The notes under the pieces were generated by a model, which was given only the letters and a program-made list of their open reading frames with translations, was not told where the DNA came from and ran no database searches. A DNA stretch of 63,998 nt, counting the filler, from Bonamia ostreae (Eukaryota), in NCBI GenBank assembly GCA_040357525.1. It is 7 parts of 7 records of this genome, joined end to end, with 100 filler letters (N's around TTAATTAATTAA, not from the genome) between each part and the next. Parts side by side here need not be neighbours in the genome. Positions count along the whole stretch, not along the records: positions 19,345 to 28,798 come from JBDODL010000042.1; positions 28,899 to 38,250 come from JBDODL010000043.1; positions 38,351 to 47,508 come from JBDODL010000044.1; 4 more parts are not named here. One strand, written 5' to 3'. Made by a program: the position numbers and the translations under genes. Below are positions 27,328 through 39,337 of the stretch, one piece after another (within the stretch, counting starts at the first letter, position 1; each line of letters begins with the position of its first letter).

Positions 27328-27373
27328 AAATACAATCGATACCATTTTAAATACAACTAAAATTTTAACTTTT

Positions 27374-27595
27374 CGTCTCTCTGATGTGAGACAGTTTCAT
27401 CGAAGGAAACGATCATGCTTTTACTTTGAGGAACCACAGTGTGTGTCAGCTCAAAATCCAAGTTTAATGATATCTTCTGGAACTAAAACCCTCACCAAAG
27501 CTTTTACCCTTTAAACTGTTTTGCACAAAGTGACATTCAATTGAAGTTAGACTCGAGGAATATTCGTTAATGTGCAGATCAGAAAATATTTACAA
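27374..27595 (+). ncRNA. Candidate structured ncRNA (possible telomerase RNA)
   Basis: At least five hairpins between convergent genes and a template-like CTAAAACCCT at 27483-27492. Confidence 0.3.
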
Positions 27596-27604
27596 TTTAA
27601 AAAT

Positions 27605-28798
27605 TTACTTCTTCAAAATGCTAACAATGTACAAAATCAAGTACAAAAAGGAAAATCCAGATGCGAAGCAATCAAACATAACTACTTCCCGAAAGACCTT
27701 TTGTTTCCCCGTCTGCGAAATCTTTTTTTCGAAGGCCTTCTTTTTTCCGTGCGGATTAGGATGCTTGTGCATAATAAGAGGAAGATGGTCCGACAGCGCC
27801 AAGAATAGGAAGTTCCCGACTATTGGTTAGACGTAAAAACCCGAGAGCAACGCTATGTACGGCAGTATGCTCTTGATGTACTTGCGAATAAAATAGGCCA
27901 AGATGCCGCCAAGCAAAACGGGAGAAGAGCCGAGAACACAGAAAAACACAGACGCCTTCTTCGACAACCCGAAGGAAAGATAGACTGTGAACGCGCCAAG
28001 ATACTTTCGATAAACTAAAAACTTGCGAGATGTCATGCGAAAGCACTCCCGCGCTGGCACCAATGCCGCTGGCAGTGTCCAAGTAGTAGAGCGACCCGAT
28101 GATCGCACTGTCGAAAAAATGGTTGACGGATTTGGCGATGACGTCCAAAACTACAAAAAGAGGCAATTTTCGGACGTATTCCAAGACCGAGCCGTTGTAC
28201 CTCAGTTTGAAGATGTGCGGCGGAGGAGTGAGACTTATCTCTCTGTGCAACCTCTCTGCCAATTCAGAGTCGGAAACGTCTTTGACCATCGTGCTTGCGT
28301 ATCGAAAAGCTTCTCGCTGCTCAAGCTCGATTTTGACTTAATTATCAAAAACAACTTTTGCAATCCGCTCCGCATTCGGAGTGCCCATATAAATGTCCTT
28401 TGGATGTGAGGTGTACTAATGACTCTAAAGACAGCGCCAGCAATATTCCGGCGAGAACCATAAAACTTAAAAAAAGAATTTCAGCTCTTCTTTCAGTTCC
28501 CTGTTTTTCTTGCTTTAATGTCATTTAAAACGATCAAGAAGAGAGCGTATTCAATTGAAACTGGAATCAGTTTAAATATCAATGTTCCGGAAATCGCACC
28601 AATCGATAAACTTATTATTTTCCGATTGTGCTTCTTCACGAAATTCTTCGGGGCCAGGATCACCCCAAAGGAGACCAGCCAAATCTAATAGATTTTATAA
28701 CAGTAAAACTATTAGAACTGAAACAGAATAAAAAGCCCAAAACTTTTTTTCTCTGTTTTTCGGCTGTGCAGTAGATGTTGAAAGATGGAAATGTAACA
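27605..28798 (-). CDS. ZIP (SLC39) metal transporter, divergent; 5' truncated
   Basis: KSVNHFFDSAIIGSLY..GVLSHDISQYLGAF..GNFLFLALSDHLP after 19- and 21-nt introns. Confidence 0.75.
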
Positions 28799-28898
28799 NN
28801 NNNNNNNNNNNNNNNNNNNNNNNNNNNNNNNNNNNNNNNNNNTTAATTAATTAANNNNNNNNNNNNNNNNNNNNNNNNNNNNNNNNNNNNNNNNNNNN
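28799..28898. other. Artificial contig-joining linker
   Basis: N-TTAATTAATTAA-N, 100 nt. Confidence 0.95.
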
Positions 28899-28924
28899 AT
28901 GGAATCGCGTTCCAATGCGACTGT

Positions 28925-29455
28925 GTGGGATCATACTATACTTTAAACCATAAAATCACAAAGATGAACACAGACAAGTGTTTAATATCGATAACTATTC
29001 TCTTTCTGTATATTATTTACTTTCAATCACATCAAATCCTCACAAAATTTAAATCTTTTCTGGGACTATTCATTGTTATCAGTGTTCCTGTGGTGCCTAT
29101 TGTAACAAACATTTTATTTGAAAACGAAAAAATGTACAAAATGGTAATCTTGGTTATAGGTGTTTTGAGCTCGATATGGATAATTGTAATTATCTGTTAC
29201 AAAGAAATCGAAGGTAAAATAAGAGCACATGTTATTTTTAAATTTGCCTCTTTAATTTTATACTTTTTTATTGAATTTGTCGCAGTTTTAACGCAAAAAG
29301 AAAGCAATTATGTTCCTGGTTATATCGGTCACTACTATAAACCAATTTTTATTTTAATCTTTTACATGATATTGGTATCAATGAAAATGTTTCTGTCTAT
29401 AAAGAAAAAGTGCTACGATAATTTTATTGAATTCCAAATCGGACGATTTTATTGA
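28925..29455 (+). CDS. Hypothetical multi-pass membrane protein, probably 5' truncated
   Basis: 176-aa ORF with about five hydrophobic segments. Confidence 0.45.
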   Translation: MGSYYTLNHKITKMNTDKCLISITILFLYIIYFQSHQILTKFKSFLGLFIVISVPVVPIVTNILFENEKMYKMVILVIGVLSSIWIIVIICYKEIEGKIRAHVIFKFASLILYFFIEFVAVLTQKESNYVPGYIGHYYKPIFILIFYMILVSMKMFLSIKKKCYDNFIEFQIGRFY

Positions 29456-29697
29456 TTATTAAATCTAAAACATGATTTTTCTTTTTTGTCATCGTAACTA
29501 ATATTAAAGAAGCTGTTATAATAGGATAAAAGTGATATTGCTACAAATATCTTGAAGCATGATTAAAACCAAATTGGATTAAAAATGAAAAATATCAAAA
29601 TCTAACAAACGTGTAGGTAATTTATATTTCAAAAATAATACGAACATTTTATATTGGAATTCGGGCAGTTTTAGAAAATAAAAATGCACTAGTAACA

Positions 29698-31467
29698 TTA
29701 TTTATTTACAAATCTGTAAATTTCTAGAGGTACACCAACTAAAAATCCAATAGTACCAAAAGCAATTATCAACATCGGGAACAACAGGTTGAAGATATTA
29801 AACAGTCTCAACACAAATGATATACGACCCGTAAAAGCACTCTTGAAATCGTCCCACAATTTTTTGAATGTCATCACTTTGAAGTATATTAAAACTGGAG
29901 CGACGTATCCTATTATTGTAGCCGATATCAGACCGGTCAAAGCTACAATAAACAATAAGTCTCCTACTGCTATTCCAATAGCAACATTGAAAACTATTAT
30001 TCTACAAGTAAAATGTATTAAACAATGAAGTGACTCCGAAGTGCATCGCCATGAACTGCTTTTTTGGTAGATTTGTTATCGGCATGTACGACTTAGAAAT
30101 TATAGAAAAGATGTAGCCTCTTGCAACATGCACTTTCGTCAAGAAAGTTAAAAGCAACGTGATGGATAGTAATATTTTCGCCACTTTTATCTCCAACAGG
30201 TTACTGATACTCGGAGAGTTGAGCACGTTCGCGTCCTTTGAATTTTGTTTTAAAAACTAGGTTCGGAATGAGGAAGAAGCAGAGAGTGGCGAAAAAACCA
30301 TACACTATCGCAATAAAAATGACTGTGGTGTGCATGACTGTCGACCACCGAGACATCGTGTTGTCAATGAGTCCTCTGTAGACGGGGAAGACACTGTCTG
30401 TACACACAAGAGCGAAAGATAATGCCCCGAATGCGGTGAGAAAGCCTCGAAAGCTTAGAGGGATGAAGTTGGAGTGGCCGTTCCTGTTTATACGGATTCC
30501 GGTGACTAACAAGATGACGACAATCACGCCAAACGTGGATACACTGAGCATGGACATCCAGGAAAGCTTTGAAAGGTCTCTGAAGTACACGAAGGGCAAC
30601 ACAAAAACGGCAAATGCAGCAATTGTGACACCGACACTGGCCTGGGTTATCTCGGAGCTGCTTTTTGATTTCATAACATCACTTAGCAGTGATCTGATTG
30701 TCGAGTAGACGATTTGCGAATAACCCATCTAATACGTTAAAAACAAACCATTCCTCCAAACGAGTAGATTATGCAGAATATACAAATGACATAATACATA
30801 ATCTTTCCTAACACCATTTCTGCTAATTCCTCGTACACTTTACTTTTTTCTATTAAATTTTTATTCACCAATTTTTAAAATGTTTGTCACTGTTAAAATT
30901 TATTCTGTGTTTTACTTCTTCCTGTTATACTTATACTCAATTTAACATGTCATTACAATTAACTTAACAAAAACTTATTTTTGCCAATTTAATAATAGTG
31001 ACACAAACAAAATCAGCCATGCAACATACCAAAAGAAGAAGAACAAGTCCAGGATAGTAATACGACTCTTGAAAAGCCTTCGGCAGACTTAAAATTCCAC
31101 CTTTTTAGCATAATTCAACAAAACTTCCTAAAATGAGATTGCAATTATTAGCGATTGTCCTTGTCCTTCCTATCAGATAGCCCACGCGCTCCTCGGGTTC
31201 CTCTGTTTCTGTTTCAGTCATGCTCGACAAACTGTTGTTAGAATTCTTTGAACCAGAATGGTCCCTCTTCAAAGTGAGATCTTTACTATCATTTTTTTCA
31301 CTCGAATCATTTTGTTTTGCTCCTTTCACACTGTTTTCGCCAGAAAAAGTAACTTCGTCGTTGTTTTGTTTTTGAGATTTTCCTAATTCAATATCATTTT
31401 TGTTGATTTGCTTTTTGGTGGATTCAGAGTTTTCATTGGAACCGGGGTAAATAGAAATATCTTTCAT
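29698..31467 (-). CDS. Amino acid/auxin permease (Aa_trans, SLC36/38-like), paralog 1
   Basis: NLILGSGILSLPKAF, FGALSFALVCTDSVFPVY, GLISATIIGYVAP; multiple tiny introns. Confidence 0.88.
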
Positions 31468-31766
31468 TATTTGGTTTATATTAATGTTTATTTGTTTTTT
31501 TAGTATTTTTACACGGATTGGATTAATTTAAACCAGTTAATTAGTATTTAAAGCTAAAATTTAATTAAAGGTAATCAATTATTAGTATTTAGAAGGTATT
31601 TTCAAGATTAATAAAACCTTTTGTTAATATAAAAATTTTTCACGCATTTACAAACTTTGTGGACTGCAATTTATTTTCGTGCAAGATTATTTTAAATTGT
31701 AAGCATTTTATCCATTAAATAAAAAATTTACATGAAAATATAAAAAAGTAAGATCACACATTTAAA

Positions 31767-33285
31767 TTAAAGCTTCCCAATATAGCTTAAAATTGTTACC
31801 GGAACACCAATAGTCAATCCAGAAATTCCAAAAAGAAAAGTTAAAATAAGTATTGTGAAATTGGCAACATTTCTAACCCCTGCCAGAACCCCAAATTCCC
31901 CTTTAAACGAAGCTACAAAATCTCCCCAAATTTTCGTGAAAGTGTTCACCTTTTAAATTTGGCAAATTGTAAATTATCGTTATACAAAAATTGGTAAATT
32001 TGCAAATTGCGTTGAAAACTTTGAAAATAATGAGAACTGGTACTATAAATCCAATAAGAGTACTTGTCAGAAGTCCAGTAAATGACACTATAAACAATAA
32101 ATCGTCGACCAGTAGACCCAAGAATATGGAAACGACGATCGTTCTTTAATGAATAAACACAAAACGATGTCGCAGCCACAAATCGTAACAAATATTGCTT
32201 CTTCTTTTCAAGTTCGGAAACAGGTTTGCGAAAACGTTGGAACATAGAAAAGATATAAGTTCGAGTGACATAGACCAGAGCCAAATATGTCAGCAACAAA
32301 CTTAACGACAACAAAATTTTGGCCGCCAAAATTTCTCGCCGGTTTGTGATGCTCGCCGAATTCAGAACGTAATTGTTCTTTTGTTATAGTCAAAAACGAG
32401 TTGAGGTATTGTGAGATAACAGAAAATCGCGAACAATCCGTAGAAAGAGCCCAGCGAGCCCATTGTTGCATGTACCACGATATTCCATCTCTGTTGCGTG
32501 TTGTTTTCAAGACCCAAATAAACGGGGAAGACGCTGTCAGTGCAGACGAACGCGAAAAGAAGAGTGCCGAAAGCCGTGAAGAAGCCTTTTCCGGTCAAGC
32601 GCCTGTAATTGTTGACCTAATTGTTGTTATTTATTACCGGATCGGGGATAGAGATGCCGGTAACAAGTAAAATCACGCAAATCACCCCGATAGCAAAAAT
32701 ACTGAAGAAGGACAATAACGCAATTGAAACCAAACCGTGAAAATAAGAGAATGGCAGAACTAGAACTAAAAATAGTCCCAATGTAGTGCCAATGGACGCC
32801 CATTTTAATGTTACAGGATTTTTAATCGTCAGAGATAGCAAAGTCAAGTTTGAAAAGTTTACTATGTGGACGTACCCAACCTTTTATTATACGAAAATGA
32901 ACCATTGCACCAAAACTGTTGAGGAAGCAACTGATTGCGATTATGAAATACATAAATTTTCCAAAAACCTTTTCAGCCAAATTTTCGTATTCGCTTACTT
33001 CTTCTATTTTTATGACAATTTTGGCAAACATTAATTTGTAACAAATTTTGGCAAAACAAACTTTTCTTAGCCATTTTTACGATTTGAATAGAGACATAAT
33101 CACAGATAACACACACTATAAAAAGAATAGACAACCCCAAATAAATATTTGCTTCCTGTATAGCCGCAGGCATGTTCAACAATCCGCCTTAAATGTCATT
33201 CTAGAAAACTTCCCAAAATAATGTTTACTTGATTTAAAACGCTCCTTCCGATGCCGATTTTCTTATTTTTTATTCCAAACCCCAT
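31767..33285 (-). CDS. Amino acid permease, paralog 2
   Basis: NIILGSGLLNMPAA, FGTLLFAFVCTDSVFPVY, GLLTSTLIGFIVP. Confidence 0.85.
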
Positions 33286-33831
33286 TTCAGTAAACAAACC
33301 TAATAATGGTTTGTTTTTCTTTAAGTTAATAATAATTTGATTTATCGTCTCTGTTTCATTTTCAATATAAAACAGGGGGTCGTAAACTTTTTATTCGACC
33401 CCTTTACACAATCCTTATAATTTGCGCCCCTTTATCCTGGTAAAACAAAAATAAAATATTTCCATTAACTTTTAATGAGACAATGCAGCTGTTTTTTTTG
33501 ATACCAAAAACTTTATGCGTAGTTTTATGAATGACAAAGCACATATCAGACATTTTGTCTTAAATTGACCAGAGTCGAGAATCCATTTTGACATGGGAAA
33601 GTTGATGAAAACGAAATTAACATTTTTATGAGCTTCACTTCCAGTAGATTTGTAAAGAAGCATCAAATTTTTCAATATTTTTCTTCAGAATAGAATATCG
33701 TTTTATTTAGTTTTAACTCAACAAATCAAATTGTTAAAAAAGAATATTGTTGATGGGATTGCGGATGACTTTTCAGTTAACAAATGTTTTTGTAAGATTT
33801 TTATTAAATTTCTAATTAAATTATTATTGAT

Positions 33832-35609
33832 TTATTGCAATCCATCGATGTACCCGATAATTGTCAAAGGCACTCCAACACAAAATCCCACAACTCCAAA
33901 AACAAAAATCAGAATCGGAAATAAAAAGTTTACAACGTTCTTCAATCTTTTAATTAACTTCAAATTTCCGGTAAAAGCTTCTTTAAAATCGTTCCAAATT
34001 TTTTTAAATGTTTTTATCTTGAATAAGATGACGACTGGTATCACATAACCAATGGCAGTGCTAGTCAGTAGACCGGTTAGGGAAACAATAAACATCAAAT
34101 CGCCTGTGAGGATTCCTAGCGTGATAGAGACCACAACAGTTCTTTTTTTTCGACCAAATTTAAAATTTTTAGATTAAATTTTTTGGAACATCAAAAAGCA
34201 CAAAAATTTTAGAAAACGTAAAAATTTTTGAAACAGAATCAAAAATTTTAGAAAATGTAAAAATTTTTGGAACATCAAAAAGCACAAAAATTTTAGAAAA
34301 TTTTTGAAACAGAATCAAAAATTTTAGAAAACATAAAATTTTGAAATATCAAAAATAAAAGTGCAGAAAAACGCTGACGTAGATCCCATGTGCAGAATGT
34401 AAAAACTTTTTTTCGAAATTCCCGAAAGAGGACCCAAAGACTTTTCAATCATTGAATATAGATAAGTCCTGGTAACATGTATCTTCGTCAAAAAAGTCAG
34501 CAGCAAAGTCACATTCAAAAGCAATTTCGCCACGTTGACTTCGATTTTTCCCGATATGCTCGGCGAGTTCAAAACGTAATTCGCCTTTTTGTCAATTCAA
34601 TTTAAGCCATTTTACCGAAAAAAGTTTTAATCGGAAAACCAGATTTGGTATCAGAAAATAACAGATAGACGCGAAAACGCCATACAGCAAACCCAAACAT
34701 GCGACCGTGGTGTGCATGACCTTGTTCCAGCGCAGCTGAGTGCGATCTCTGAGGCCTAGATAAACAGGGAAAATGCTGTCGGTACAGACGAACGCGAATG
34801 ACAATGTGCCAAAAGCAGAAATTATTCCTTTCGTCGCGAGAGGTTTGTAATTGCTGCTCTTTTTGTTCAAATTTTGATTTTTTGATGTTGTTCCAAAATG
34901 ACCAATTTTCAAAGTAAAAACTGGATTCTCGACGAGCGCGCCTGACACCGTTATTATCACAGCGATCACTCCAAAAGTAACAAGACTGAATACCGACATC
35001 CACGAGAGAGACGACAAATCCTTCCAATACGCGTACGGCATCACGAAAACGAAAAACAGCCCTATTGTCACGCCGAGCGAAGCCCACTTCAATTTCTCCG
35101 GATCGTTTTTGATGAATTGTCCAAGCAAAGCGATGTTTGAACTGTGGATTATTTCCGAATATCCCATCTTTCGAATTTGCAGTTGATAGAATTAGTTCTG
35201 AAACCATTGCGCCGAAAGTCGACAGAAAGCAGAAAAGGCAGATGATGTAGTACATGGCACCTCCCAACGTCTGCTCGGCCAAACTTTCATATGTTTCAAC
35301 GTTTTCTTATTAAATTTTTGTTTGAACAAAATGATTTTCATAAATCGCTAAAAATAAAACTTTTTTTGGTCATTTTAATTAATTGCACACAAACATAGTC
35401 ACACATGAAGATGACTAAAAGCAAGAGACCGATTCCAATAATATAACTGGAGTTCTGCAACGCCTTTGGGATATTTAAAATTCCGCCTTTTTTTTTAATT
35501 TAAAACTTCCGAGAACAAGGTTAAAATTATTCGCGACACTTTTATAGACGCCGATTGTGTGCTTTTCCCTGTTAATTATTTTCGCTTTAAATGGAATTTC
35601 CTCAGCCAT
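33832..35609 (-). CDS. Amino acid permease, paralog 3
   Basis: NLVLGSGILNIPKA, FGTLSFAFVCTDSIFPVY, GLLTSTAIGYVIP. Confidence 0.85.
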
Positions 35610-35972
35610 TTTTTTATATTTTTGAAAAAATTGTTTTTAGAATATATTTTGTTCTTAGCTGAACCGCATAAAAGCTAGATTGTTTCTATAACAAATATTT
35701 TTTGTCAAAGATTTTTTTATTCAGAACTCTAAAACAGAAAGGCGTAAAATTTTTTTTATCATAATATTTGCTATCGAATAGAAGAGATCTTAAAAAGAAA
35801 ATTTTAAGAAACGGCGCCCTAAAAAAAGAAAATTTACTTAAAAATGCTCTGAAACGTGCTTAAAAAGTGCTTAAACGAACAAAAAAACTTAAAAATCGTT
35901 TAAATGACATAAAAATTCTGAATAAAATTAATTTTCGCAATATCATATTTTACAAAATTTTCGATATAATAT

Positions 35973-36389
35973 ATGTCGGATAAGAGCCGGTTAAAGCTTT
36001 ACGACATGGAAGAAGTGAGCAAACACAAAACCAAAAAGGATTTGTGGGTCGCTATTCATGGAAACGTTTATAAAGTCGACGGCTATTTGGCGGACCATCC
36101 AGGCGGCGCAGACATTTTGCTCGATCACGCCGGGAAAGACGCCACACAAGCTTTCGAAGACATTTTCCATTCCAAAAGAGCAAGAAACATTTTGTCCACT
36201 TTTCTAATAGGAAAAATCGCGAAAAGGGGAAATCCGAGTAAAGCTCAAGAAATGGAAGTGGCGAATGAGAGAAAACTCGATAAAACACTAAAAAAGAACA
36301 AATTATTGCGACTGAGAATCCTCTTCGCCATTTTTCTCGTTTTTGCCGTCGTCGTCATTAAATATTGTTCTTCTTACAAATATTTTTAA
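35973..36389 (+). CDS. CYB5: Cytochrome b5, tail-anchored, intronless
   Basis: EEVSKH..DLWVAIHGNVY..HPGG..AGKDAT..FEDIFHS, C-terminal TM helix. Confidence 0.93.
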   Translation: MSDKSRLKLYDMEEVSKHKTKKDLWVAIHGNVYKVDGYLADHPGGADILLDHAGKDATQAFEDIFHSKRARNILSTFLIGKIAKRGNPSKAQEMEVANERKLDKTLKKNKLLRLRILFAIFLVFAVVVIKYCSSYKYF

Positions 36390-36443
36390 AATTTTCATTT
36401 TTCTCCGAAAATTTTTTACAAAAATCTTTGCCGCCAATAAAAT

Positions 36444-38250
36444 TTAACCGACAAAATTAATGATTTCTAATGGCGCGCCAGCAGCAAAACCAATCAAACC
36501 AAAAATGAATATGAAGATCGGGAAAAGGAAATGCAAAATGTAAAGCAGTCGTTTTCTAAAAGATAAACTTCCCGTAAACGCGTTTTTGAAATCTCCGCTG
36601 ACTTTTTTCATCGTTTTCACCTATTTTTAATTCCGTAATTAATGTTTGAAATATCAACTTTATTAAAGTTCAAAATAACAATTTTCGATTTTTATCAAAA
36701 GTTCAAAATAACAATTTGCGATTTTTAAAAAAAGTTCAAATCATCTAGAAACTTTGAAGATAATCATTGTTGGTATTATGAATCCAACCGCCGTACTGGA
36801 AATTAAACCAGTCATGTTTACAATGAACAACAAATCGTTCAGATATATTCCCAGCAATATTGTTACAACAATCAACCTTTCATATAAAACATTTGTAATA
36901 GCAAAATATTTTATTTCCAAAAACGTTTCGGATAAAAAATTTAAACATTGTCGTAACGCATCCGTGGAGAATTTTAAAATTTTTGTTTGAGATTTCGGAA
37001 AGCGGTTTAATCGCTCTTTCTATAACAGCGTAAATGTATGTTCGCGACACATGAATATTTGACAAATATGTCAGTAGCAATGTTATTGCCAAAAGTATTT
37101 TGGCGATGTTCGTTTCCATTAAATTTGTTATGCTTTCTGAATTTAAGACATAATCGCCCTATGTTTTAAAATTTTTGACAAATTAAATTTGTTCTTTATT
37201 CGAAACAAAAAAAAATTTTGACCACAATTTATCCAAAAACATAAATTTGTTCTTTATTCGAAACAAAAAAATTTTTTACAAATTTATTCAAAAATAAAAA
37301 TTTGTTCTTTATTCGAAACAAAAAAATTTTTGACAAATTCATTCAAAAATAAATTTGTTCTTTATTCGAACAAAAAAATTTTGACAAATTTATCCAAAAA
37401 TAAAAATTTGTTCTTTATTCGAACAAAAAAATTTTTGACAAATTTATTCAAAAATAAAAATTTGTTCTTTATTCGAAACAAAAAAATTTTGACAAATTTA
37501 TCCAAAAATAAAAATTTGTTCTTTATTCGAACAAAAAAATTTTTGACAAATTTATTCAAAAATAAAAATTTGTTCTTTATTCGAACAAAAAAATTTTGAA
37601 CACAATTTATCCAAAAATAAAAATTTGTTCTTTAATCGAAACAAAAAAATTTTGAACACAATTTATCCAAAAATAAAAATTTGTTCTTTATTCGAAACAA
37701 AATTTATTTGGCCGCATTCAAAAAAAAGTTTAGAAACCAAAAACGGGATCAAAAAGTAGCAAGTGATCGCAAAGGAAGCATACAGCAACCCGAGCGATAG
37801 CATTGTGATGTGGACGACTTTATCCCATCTTCCCGGCGTCCGATTCTTCAAGTTCTGATAAACAGGGAAAATGCTGTCAGTGCAAACGAACGCGAAAGAC
37901 AACGTCCCAAAAGCGGAAATGAATTTTGTCCCGTCCAAAGGCGCGTAATTGCTAGGCTTTTTGCGTTTGGTCAAAAAAGAAAATTAATTTTTAACTAAAA
38001 ATAAAACAGTGTTTGGCGTTTTTACGCCGATGGCAAAGACGAAAACGAAAATGACTCCGAATGTCGCGATGCTCAGCATCGACAGCCATGACAAAGATGA
38101 CATGTCTTTTTGGTAGGAAAATGGCACCACGAAAATCATGAACAAGCCGATTGTTATTCCGATTGGAGCCCATGTCGCTTCGACTGGATTTTTGTTGATG
38201 TACAAAGTATAGAGTTTTTGCATCGAATCGTGGATAGCACTGGCGTATCC
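36444..38250 (-). CDS. Amino acid permease, paralog 4, 5' truncated
   Basis: FGTLSFAFVCTDSIFPVY, NIAKILLAITLLLTYL; 579-nt repeat-filled intron. Confidence 0.85.
37175..37705. repeat. Intronic minisatellite, ~54-nt unit, about 10 copies
   Basis: Unit ttgacaaatttatccaaaaataaaaatttgttctttattcgaacaaaaaaattt recurs at 37381, 37435, 37489. Confidence 0.9.
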
Positions 38251-38350
38251 NNNNNNNNNNNNNNNNNNNNNNNNNNNNNNNNNNNNNNNNNNNNTTAATT
38301 AATTAANNNNNNNNNNNNNNNNNNNNNNNNNNNNNNNNNNNNNNNNNNNN
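38251..38350. other. Artificial contig-joining linker
   Basis: N-TTAATTAATTAA-N, 100 nt. Confidence 0.95.
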
Positions 38351-38986
38351 AGAGTATATACAGAACTCCCTTTAATGTTGAAAAAAAAAACTTTCTTATT
38401 CGCTTTATTCTTGATTGTATAAGCCTTTTTGAGGGGATTTTGTTTTGTAACAATTTCTTGAATCGAAATATTGTTATTTTCCGCATTTTTGTTTTGATGA
38501 ACTTCCCTTTTTATGTCCAAATTTCCATTCTGATCAAAATATTCTTCGATATTGATGATAAAAGTCTTATCTTGAGCAAACTTTTGAATAGAGTGCCTAG
38601 AAGTTTTATGTAAAACTTTAATTGCGATTGTTCAATAAAGAAATCTTTGCTTTGCTTTTAAAGATTTAAAATTAAAAAATCACAAATTGATATTTTAATG
38701 TTCAAAACTGTAAGACTAGGAGAACTTTCCAAAAGAGTTAAATTCTTATTCCCATGTACATCTTCTAACAATTTTATTTTTTGAACTACTCCATTATTTT
38801 CAATTTTTTTGTATTGCATCTTAAATTGGAAAATGCAACTTTCGAATCCATATTATTTTCTTCGACAAATGTTTCGATTCCATTGTCTCGAAAATGAATG
38901 ACTGTAACCGATTTTACAGAAACAACGGCATTTGCTGAAAAGCAACGAAGAAATGCCAAAACAGCACAAACAATCCAGATTTTCAT
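38351..38986 (-). CDS. Putative secreted protein, 3' end uncertain
   Basis: Signal-peptide-like MKIWIVCAVLAFLRCFSANA. Confidence 0.45.
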
Positions 38987-39337
38987 TTTTAAACTTAAAA
39001 CCTTTTTAGTGCTATAATCAAGTAGTTTAAATTCCAAAGATATTTTGAATTTATGCTCTTATTATAAAGGAACTCGAATTGCCAATAAACGAAAAAGGTT
39101 TTGTTTGATAAAATTATTGCAAAATATTTTTGATAAAAATTATTTTTGACAATTTTCAATAAATTGTTTGATAAAATTATTGCAAAATATCTATTTTTGA
39201 TAAAAATTATTTTTGACAATTTTCAATAAATTGTTTGATAAAATTTTTTTGATAAAATTTTCCGCGAAGAGAAAAAAATAAGAAAAAAAAAAGAATTAAT
39301 ATAAAAAAGTGCACAGAAAAATAAGAAAAACTATAAA

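Noticed and set aside
27381-27412. CTGATG..GAAA resembling a hammerhead ribozyme core
   Set aside because: A9 missing and stems I-III cannot be built consistently
37175-37705. Regular repeat with internal palindrome resembling a CRISPR array
   Set aside because: Head-to-tail units with no unique spacers, intronic, eukaryotic context, no cas genes
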